A DNA stretch of 5,845 bases. Origin: Ascoidea asiatica JCM 7603. Lineage: Eukaryota > Fungi > Ascomycota. A model generated the notes under the pieces. The model was not told the DNA's origin. It worked only from the letters and a program-made list of their open reading frames with translations, and made no database searches. Positions within the stretch are counted from its first letter, which is position 1. Each line of letters opens with the position of its first letter. Made by a program: the position numbers and the translations under genes. Below, one piece after another: positions 1 to 5,845 of this stretch. The stretch spans positions 546,792-552,636 of the forward strand of contig BCKQ01000008.1 in the NCBI GenBank assembly GCA_001600695.1, read 5' to 3'.

Positions 1-420
1 AAATATATCTGAAAATAAAGCAGACCTTTCAAAAAAAGTAATTAACAATAATAGCATAATCAAGCTATATTTCTTTCAATTGTTTTCACTATTTTTGACT
101 CATCTTCACAATAAAAAAAATTTAGTCGATTATCTTGGAAAAAGAAAAAATTGAAAAAATTGAAGGCTTCAAACCGGACTAGAACCATATTTAAGGATCT
201 AATGAATTTGTGCATATTTTTAAGCAATAAAGCACATTTTTACTTTGAACCCAGAATCTTGGATCTTTAAATATATGAGCTTTAAATACATTTGAAGGCA
301 GAAAGTCACCTACTGTTGCAGACTTTAACATAAACATTAATTCTTTTGATTTAGAGTTTGGCTTGGATTGAAATGAGGAAGTATGCCTCAATATACAGTA
401 TTCAAGACTTTAAAAAAAGA

Positions 421-667
421 AGAGAAAAATTCATCATGAAAATTATATGAAAAAATAATGTAATATTTATGTGCAGACTACACTAATATAATATTATCAT
501 AAGACAATACAAAGAATTATTTAATGTACAATAAAAATCAGCAATGTATATTAAAATACAGTATAATACAAAATAATAATGTATGTTATGATTTAAAATG
601 AGCAAAAAGAAAGCTGTTTGTTTTTTATCCACAAAGTGCTAAAGAAATTATATATCACATATAACCT
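421..667 (-). terminator. 3' UTR / polyadenylation region of the large CDS
   Basis: About 18% GC by hand count over 421-600. A TATATA yeast efficiency-element-like hexamer lies at 649-654, just after the stop codon. Positional inference only. Confidence 0.35.
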
Positions 668-3600
668 TTATTGCTCTAAATTACGTCTAATATCTCGACC
701 AGCTTCTTCTAATCCAGCTAAAATTTTTTTGATCCACTTACATGCATTTTTAGTTTCCAACTTTGTTTTAACATCCTGTTTTTTGTTTGAATGTCCAGAA
801 TCAGCTGAATCTTCCTCCTTATATTTGCATATTTTATAAAACTCCCGCGTAATTGAATCTACATCTACCCTTTTATTCAAAACTTCTTCAGAATATAAAA
901 AAACCTCATTTTTATCAATAAAATAATTTTTAATAAAATTGTCGTTACCTTTAAATAACTGTAATTGGTCTTTCTTTATGTAATCAAAATCTTGCAATAA
1001 TAATGTTCGAGGAAAAAAATCATAAAAGGGGATTGTACCAAATGGTGTTATTGTAAAATTTGTAGCTTTTAAATAAGATTCTGGGTCTAAAGTAACAGGC
1101 ACTCTTTTTAATCGTTTATCTTGATTTTCATTTATATCTTCAAATGGCATCACAATATGACTACCTATAATAACACCTATCTCATCTTCTATTTTTTTTA
1201 ATAAATTAAGAGCTTCATCATATCCTTCATTTTCATGTTTTTTAACCTCTTCTTTATCATATGGATTGAAAGGAAGAGTATACTTAAAATGAAAATAATT
1301 TTCTTTTTTTATACGTTTGTGTTTGAATTTTTTTATTTGAACTTCAGTTAAATACTCATGAAATTTTCTTGACTTAAATCTAGGATTGGATTCTTTTTCT
1401 TTTGCTGACTGATCAGTGATTTTTTCTGTATTCTTATTAATAGAATCTAAATTATTTTTATAAGGGTCTTTTAGATCCCATCCACCATTCCCAAATCTGC
1501 TTCTTCCTTGGAAAAATGATAATAGCCTTAATGAATATATCAATTTTATTCTCAAATCATTTAACTCGAATTCAGTTAAATTTAAGTCATTATCTATATT
1601 TGCATTCAAATCAATTGACTGATCAAACATCCTTAGATTTGAAATAGGATCATCATAAGAATATATAAATAAAAAGGGCTCGAAGCATTTAACAAATGCT
1701 TTAAGATCGAAAAAACATGATGCTGGAGATAAAAAAGGAGTAACATATAAATACCTACATTCTGGAAAAATATTATCTAAAAGATTACCTATCATTATTG
1801 CAAAAGAGTACATTGTTAATTCAATAATTTCACTAACTTTGGTTTTCGGGTGATAATTTAAGGCTTCACTAGGAAAAGTTCTATGCCATTTGCCCAGTAA
1901 TAGGAAATACAAAAAGGCAGTTAATTCAAGGATTTGGGAACTATCTTTTTGTTTGGAAACTAAAATTGCAAAGTTTAAAAGATTCATTAGTTCTACCTGG
2001 ACATGAGATAGATAGAATAGCTTTTTTGATTCAACTAAACGATCCAGAAATTTAGACATTCCAAGCAAAGTTTCATTAATTTCCTCCAATATATCGGACT
2101 CATAAGATACTAAATATATTGTTTTTATGAAATATGTTAAAGCCAATTTGCACATGTCTAACATGAGAGTGTCAGATTCAGATAAAAGTTTGAATGACTT
2201 TTTCAAAAGCGTGTCTTTAGTTTCATTTGGAGGAGGTGATTCGATTAATTCATGCAACTTCTCATTTAAAGAAACCAAGTTGTTTTTAAAAGGTCCATAA
2301 GCTTTCGTGAATCTATTGAAACAATCTATTGTAAACATTAAACCACTGGAAAAAGAAAATGTTGAGCTATAATTCTTAAATAACGTGTCATAAAAATTTT
2401 GAAAACTTCTAGTTTTTATTTTTGTATTCAATCCTTCCTTTTCTAAATGTTGTTCTGATTCTTTTTTATTGTTGATTAGTAATGAAGAAGGCATGTTTGG
2501 AAAAGCTTCTGGATAGTTTGAGCCGCAGAAACTATTATAAGTAGAAGTATGAGTCATTGATATTAAACTCAAAAATCCTAATTTATTTCTGAGAACAAAA
2601 TTCGGATCTCCTTTTATAGTAAGGGATTTTATTATTAGATTACTCAAGTGACTAGTCTTATTGAGATAGACTTCTGATAAACTAGACACATTATTTATGG
2701 TAGTTATGAGAGAATATCTGGATTGTTGGTAATTATAAAGATGGAACGAATTTTCTGCCGTAGGGTTTCCAAAATAATTTTTAGAAAGTCTAGCTATTAA
2801 TCCATCCAATGCAGTTAAAGATGCTTTCAATCTCGATAATAAATATTCTGCTGTATATGCAAAAGCGGATTCTAATTCAAGGGAAGAAAATGGATTCACT
2901 TCGAAATTACTCTTTTTTTCACTTCCTGTTTTGAAATCTAAATTAGAATTAGAATTTTGCTCAAAAATCGGGGACAATAAGTAGTTTTCCTTGACAAAAC
3001 ATAAAAATAATCTTAAAGCATCAATATGAGAAACTTTCTTAGTTTCACGCATTTCTAGAAGAAATTTTTTGGAATTTGTATAGTTGTTGTAAGAAGCAGT
3101 TTTGCTATGATCCAAAACTTTGAATGTACGCTTTTTCTTTTTTGGGATATTTATATAATACCCAATACTATTATTCACTTTGAAGTTAGCTTTGGCTTTC
3201 ACATATGAACATACAGGTGTTTCAAATATTAGAGCTATGATTTCATTCAAAGCATTTGTATGTGAGTTAATAATTGAATATAAGTCCTTGCTTTGCATAG
3301 TATTTTTTCTTTTTTTATTCTGATCCGGATTTTCTTGTTTTTTTAAATCTTTTAATAAAGAAGTTTCTCTTAAATGAGCAAAAGCTTTACGTTTGAAATT
3401 CACTTTCATTTTATGGCTTTTGATCTTTGTTGAACAATTGATGCATGTTGGTACTTGCTTGTCACACTCTATACCTTTAGCTTTGCACTCTGAACAATCT
3501 GATAAATGTTTTCTACTTTCTTGTATAATCTCAGCATTTATTTTCCATTTTTCATTTTTATAAGAAACATAAGCTGATACTTTTTCATTAAATGAAAGAG

Positions 3601-5698
3601 TACTTTTTTGCTTGTTAGAGCTATCATAATGTACAGACTTCCATTTTGTTTTTACTGGGCTCCGCTTAGAGCTTGAGAGTTTATTTTCATTCGAAACCTG
3701 ATGATTTTCATCTTTAGACACTTTAGCATCCTTTGGAAAAGATTTTCTAGGTGATTGTGATTTTTTTCGCATAGTTGAAAATTGATTTGATTCTGGAAAA
3801 AAATAAGCATTATGGCCAACTAAATCTACTTCTTTAAGACCATTATCAAACCTTAAACGTTTATATATATCTAAATAGAATGGTTTCGAAAGAGAAATTG
3901 AATTCAAATTAAAAGCAAAATCGGATTTTGATTTATAGTCTGCATTTGAATTTAATTCTAATTTTAGTTTTGATTTTAGTTTTGAATCTAGCTTTGATTT
4001 TGATGCTGGTTTTGATTTGGACGTTGGCTTTAATTTTGAATCCTGTTTTGGTTTTATTTTTGATTTTGGCTTTGGTTTTAACTTTTGTTTCAAATTTAGA
4101 TTTGTCCTCAAATTCGGATTTTGATTTAAATGTAAATCAAAATTTGGATTTAGATATAAATTTGGATTTACATTTAGATTTGGATATAAATTTGGATTTA
4201 CATTTGGATTTGGATAGAAAGTTGGATCTAAATTTATATTTGGATAGAAATTCGGATAGAAATTTTGATTTTGATTTAGATTTGGGTTTATGTGTGGATT
4301 TAGATTTATATTTGTATTTAGATTCGCAATTGCAGGCGGAATTGGATATGGATATGGATTTGGATACGGATTTGGATTTAAACTTTGATTATATTTAGTT
4401 AGATATGGATTAGCATTTGATATTGAACTACTTGTATGACCATCAAACCCGCCAGTTAAAATATCATTTAATAGAGTAAAATCTTTATTAAAATCTTCAT
4501 TTTGTTTTTGAGATTGCTCATTATAATTAGTATCTGTAAATTGCTTGTTATTTGGTTGGCTGACGGGTTGATTCGCAGGTTGATTCACAGGTTGACTTAT
4601 AAAACTATTGGAAGATTGAATGTTTGACTTATAATTTGAGGATTGACTATTGGATGGTTTAATATCAGAAGACTGATTATCAAAGGATTTGGCATTGGAA
4701 GATTTTTTATCGGAGGATATATTACGTGCGTCAATTAAACAATTATTTATGTCTTGAATACTTTTCTCTATATTCGCTTGACGAATTTCAGATTGTTTCC
4801 ATTGTTGATATTGATGAACTTGTTGAACTTGTTGTTTTTGGTGAAATCTGGTCGGTTGCAAGAATTGATTCAATTGGGTAGGATGGTAGAAATTATAAGA
4901 CTGATCAACTGCACTAGCTATATTAGGTGGAATTTGAGGAAATGATGGATTTGATGTTGCATATTGACTGTATTGAGCTGGTTGATTGTATTGAATAGAT
5001 GGATTACGTTGATTTGAAAAATTAATATTGGGATTGACATTGAAATTGAAATTGAGATTGGAATTTAAATTTGGATTTGAATTGAGATTAGGATTTAAAT
5101 TTGAATTTGAATTGAGATTTGGATTTAAATTTGGATTTGGATTGAGATTAGGATTAAGATTAGAATTGAAATTAGGGTTGAAATTAGGGTTGGAATTTGA
5201 GCGAAATTGGATAGCTGGGTGTTGGTTTGGTTGAATCATTGGTTGATTTCCATGATTAATTTTATTATAACCAATGGGTACACTTGATCGACTAGATGCA
5301 CTGGTTTGTCTAGATGTACTAGATAATCTAGATGTAGTAAATTGACAGGGTGAGATAGATTGATTAGATAGACTAGATTGATTAGATACACTGGAATGAT
5401 TAGATGTACCAGATTGCTTATGATAATTAGTTCGTTGTTGATTGGGTTGGTTAGGTTGATAAGATTGATAAGGTTGATTATCATTCAGTAATTCTTTAGC
5501 CCAATCCATTTGAGCATTATTGTTACTGAGTTCATTTAAAAAAGGATCATTAGATAAATTAATGTAACTTTCTGATGCCAAAATTTGACTCAAATCTTCA
5601 CCAAAAATATTTTCATTTTCATTTCCTGTAAAAAACTCGAAATTGTCTAATACTGCTCCATTTAATCCTTGGAAATTAGTGTCAGAACTTTCAGACAT
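668..5698 (-). CDS. Putative Zn(II)2Cys6 (Gal4-type) fungal transcription factor, 1676 aa, with an atypical zinc cluster; possibly distantly Upc2/Ecm22-like
   Basis: A stop-free 5031-nt ORF in very AT-rich DNA cannot plausibly arise by chance. The ATG is in a yeast-like context (GAAAA ATG TCT) and the TAA stop is at 668-670. It contains CSECKAKGIECDKQVPTCINC (C-x2-C-x6-C-x6-C-x2-C, with the conserved Pro two residues before Cys4), a PKKKKR NLS, N/Q-rich disordered regions and a Leu/Phe-rich C-terminal region. That it is a CDS is near certain; the product call rests on motif recognition only. Confidence 0.9.
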   Translation of the reverse strand: MSESSDTNFQGLNGAVLDNFEFFTGNENENIFGEDLSQILASESYINLSNDPFLNELSNNNAQMDWAKELLNDNQPYQSYQPNQPNQQRTNYHKQSGTSNHSSVSNQSSLSNQSISPCQFTTSRLSSTSRQTSASSRSSVPIGYNKINHGNQPMIQPNQHPAIQFRSNSNPNFNPNFNSNLNPNLNPNPNLNPNLNSNSNLNPNLNSNPNLNSNLNFNFNVNPNINFSNQRNPSIQYNQPAQYSQYATSNPSFPQIPPNIASAVDQSYNFYHPTQLNQFLQPTRFHQKQQVQQVHQYQQWKQSEIRQANIEKSIQDINNCLIDARNISSDKKSSNAKSFDNQSSDIKPSNSQSSNYKSNIQSSNSFISQPVNQPANQPVSQPNNKQFTDTNYNEQSQKQNEDFNKDFTLLNDILTGGFDGHTSSSISNANPYLTKYNQSLNPNPYPNPYPYPIPPAIANLNTNINLNPHINPNLNQNQNFYPNFYPNINLDPTFYPNPNVNPNLYPNLNVNPNLYLNPNFDLHLNQNPNLRTNLNLKQKLKPKPKSKIKPKQDSKLKPTSKSKPASKSKLDSKLKSKLKLELNSNADYKSKSDFAFNLNSISLSKPFYLDIYKRLRFDNGLKEVDLVGHNAYFFPESNQFSTMRKKSQSPRKSFPKDAKVSKDENHQVSNENKLSSSKRSPVKTKWKSVHYDSSNKQKSTLSFNEKVSAYVSYKNEKWKINAEIIQESRKHLSDCSECKAKGIECDKQVPTCINCSTKIKSHKMKVNFKRKAFAHLRETSLLKDLKKQENPDQNKKRKNTMQSKDLYSIINSHTNALNEIIALIFETPVCSYVKAKANFKVNNSIGYYINIPKKKKRTFKVLDHSKTASYNNYTNSKKFLLEMRETKKVSHIDALRLFLCFVKENYLLSPIFEQNSNSNLDFKTGSEKKSNFEVNPFSSLELESAFAYTAEYLLSRLKASLTALDGLIARLSKNYFGNPTAENSFHLYNYQQSRYSLITTINNVSSLSEVYLNKTSHLSNLIIKSLTIKGDPNFVLRNKLGFLSLISMTHTSTYNSFCGSNYPEAFPNMPSSLLINNKKESEQHLEKEGLNTKIKTRSFQNFYDTLFKNYSSTFSFSSGLMFTIDCFNRFTKAYGPFKNNLVSLNEKLHELIESPPPNETKDTLLKKSFKLLSESDTLMLDMCKLALTYFIKTIYLVSYESDILEEINETLLGMSKFLDRLVESKKLFYLSHVQVELMNLLNFAILVSKQKDSSQILELTAFLYFLLLGKWHRTFPSEALNYHPKTKVSEIIELTMYSFAIMIGNLLDNIFPECRYLYVTPFLSPASCFFDLKAFVKCFEPFLFIYSYDDPISNLRMFDQSIDLNANIDNDLNLTEFELNDLRIKLIYSLRLLSFFQGRSRFGNGGWDLKDPYKNNLDSINKNTEKITDQSAKEKESNPRFKSRKFHEYLTEVQIKKFKHKRIKKENYFHFKYTLPFNPYDKEEVKKHENEGYDEALNLLKKIEDEIGVIIGSHIVMPFEDINENQDKRLKRVPVTLDPESYLKATNFTITPFGTIPFYDFFPRTLLLQDFDYIKKDQLQLFKGNDNFIKNYFIDKNEVFLYSEEVLNKRVDVDSITREFYKICKYKEEDSADSGHSNKKQDVKTKLETKNACKWIKKILAGLEEAGRDIRRNLEQ
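671..3028 (-). other. C-terminal regulatory region (aa ~891-1676), probably helical; its first part is loosely Upc2/Ecm22 ligand-binding-domain-like
   Basis: Amphipathic and hydrophobic blocks occur in the order IDALRLFLCFVKE, LELESAFAYTAEYLL, LSEVYLNKTSHLSNLIIKSL, LGFLSLISMTHTS, TFSFSSGLMFTI. By eye these resemble the successive conserved helices of Upc2-type C-terminal domains. No alignment was run. Confidence 0.4.
3128..3145 (-). other. Monopartite nuclear localisation signal PKKKKR
   Basis: Closely resembles the SV40 T-antigen NLS (PKKKRKV) and lies about 20 aa after the zinc cluster. Confidence 0.6.
3209..3496 (-). other. Atypical Zn(II)2Cys6 binuclear cluster domain (Cys735, 738, 745, 752, 755 and putative Cys830)
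   Basis: Cys codons lie at 3494-3496, 3485-3487, 3464-3466, 3443-3445 and 3434-3436 in canonical spacing. The next Cys in the protein is at 3209-3211, within PVCSY, which matches the C-x-Y/F ending typical of zinc clusters. Confidence 0.75.
3959..4090 (-). repeat. Coding degenerate 6-bp repeat encoding a basic (K-x)n tract
   Basis: KQKLKPKPKSKIKPKQDSKLKPTSKSKPASKSKLDSKLKSKLKL, directly contiguous and in register with the N-x repeat. Confidence 0.85.
4091..4378 (-). repeat. Second coding 6-bp-period degenerate repeat encoding N-x / Y-P dipeptides, including a 30-bp tandem duplication
   Basis: Encodes NPNPYPNPYPYP...NLNTNINLNPHINPNLNQNQNFYPNFYPN...NPNLRTNLNL. Segments 4153-4182 and 4183-4212 are 30-bp copies differing at one base (gatataaatttggatttacattt[a/g]gatttg). 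Confidence 0.9.
4550..4597 (-). repeat. 12-bp coding repeat, about 4 copies (QPVN-QPAN-QPVS-QPNN)
   Basis: Repeated ggttg(att/act/gct) units on the plus strand; the repeat is also visible in the translation. Confidence 0.7.
5018..5197 (-). repeat. Coding 6-bp-period degenerate microsatellite encoding (N-x)30, x = P/L/S/F/V/I (aa 168-227)
   Basis: Asn occupies every second residue for 60 consecutive codons: NSNPNFNPNFNSNLNPNL...NVNPNINF. Confidence 0.95.
5357..5416 (-). repeat. 18-bp coding minisatellite, about 3.3 copies (S-N-[QH]-S-S-x)
   Basis: Plus-strand units agattgattagatagact / agattgattagatacact / ggaatgattagatgtacc / agattg. The protein reads QSGTSNHSSVSNQSSLSNQS. Confidence 0.8.
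5480..5698 (-). other. Putative acidic transcription activation domain (aa ~1-73)
   Basis: D/E-rich and almost free of basic residues, with interspersed F/L/W (LDNFEFF, IFGEDLSQIL, DPFLNEL, MDWAKELLND). This is the typical composition of yeast acidic activators. Confidence 0.45.
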
Positions 5699-5845
5699 TT
5701 TTCAAAATAATAGTAAAAGGTAAATTAAAAGAAATAAAAGAAAATTAATAAAAATAAAAGGAATAAGAAGATAGTTTAATCTAATAAAATTATGATAAAT
5801 ACAATTAAAAATTTGTAGTTTTAAAGATATATATAATATATAATT
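5699..5845 (-). promoter_or_regulatory. 5' UTR / core promoter region of the large CDS
   Basis: Extremely AT-rich and T-rich on the coding strand, with a TATATA-type run at ~5828-5842 about 130-145 nt upstream of the ATG. Such motifs carry little specificity in DNA this AT-rich. Confidence 0.4.

Noticed and set aside
191-391. Minus-strand 66-aa ORF as a real gene
   Set aside because: Short, with no recognisable domain. It is not called as a CDS and is kept only as part of the low-interest relic finding.
618-839. Plus-strand 73-aa ORF
   Set aside because: It begins at TTG rather than ATG, overlaps the 3' end of the main CDS in antisense, and has no motif.
3235-3390. Possible 156-nt in-frame intron within the zinc-cluster insert (GTAAAG ... 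TATTAAC at 3266-3272 ... TAG, minus strand)
   Set aside because: The donor deviates from GTATGT/GTAAGT, the branch point is imperfect, and the segment is stop-free. Splicing would still leave a 22-aa Cys5-Cys6 spacer, so it would not restore canonical spacing. It cannot be fully excluded without RNA data.
4091-4324. Repeat region considered as a CRISPR-like or non-coding array
   Set aside because: There is no repeat-spacer structure. All units are multiples of 3 and in frame within a eukaryotic CDS.
3928-4398. Plus-strand 156-aa ORF rich in LIL/LDL repeats
   Set aside because: It lies antisense to the N-x/K-x coding repeats of the main CDS. Periodic sequence keeps shadow frames open, and the product has no complexity of its own.
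4754-4945. Plus-strand 63-aa ORF
   Set aside because: Short, antisense to the Q-rich region, with no recognisable motif.
5172-5189. Two TTAGGG telomere-like hexamers
   Set aside because: They are the reverse complement of AAC-CCT-AAT (Asn-Pro-Asn) codons inside the coding repeat and are not tandem.
5028-5234. Plus-strand 68-aa ORF (LKLKLRLEFKFGF...)
   Set aside because: Antisense shadow of the (N-x)30 repeat.
5285-5340. Cluster of CTAG/TCTAGA palindromes
   Set aside because: Explained by repeated Ser-Arg/Ser-Ser codons (TCT AGA, TCT AGT) in the S-rich segment. No extended hairpin is seen.
5236-5484. Minus-strand 82-aa alternative-frame ORF (LINLINL..., HLVD)
   Set aside because: Out-of-frame reading of the QPN and SNQS coding repeats, nested within the main CDS.

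Overview
Very AT-rich eukaryotic DNA, most likely from a budding yeast (inferred from one uninterrupted 5-kb ORF, an AAAA-ATG-TCT start context and a fungal-type zinc cluster). One minus-strand CDS (668..5698, 1676 aa) fills about 86% of the window. It looks like a highly divergent Zn(II)2Cys6 transcription factor. From the N-terminus it has an acidic/aromatic segment, a ~450-aa N/Q/P-rich low-complexity region with microsatellite-like (N-x)n tracts that switch into a (K-x)n basic tract, and a centrally placed atypical zinc cluster. An SV40-type NLS and a long, probably helical C-terminal region loosely resembling the Upc2/Ecm22 regulatory domain follow. The most unusual feature is the zinc cluster: five Cys are canonically spaced, the apparent sixth (CSY) lies after a 74-residue spacer instead of about 6, and the CGG-reading Lys is replaced by Gly. 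The other predicted ORFs are shadows of the coding repeats or are unsupported. A patch of higher GC at ~161-410 may be a decayed coding relic. I see no RNA genes, CRISPR arrays, recognisable mobile elements or multi-gene system.
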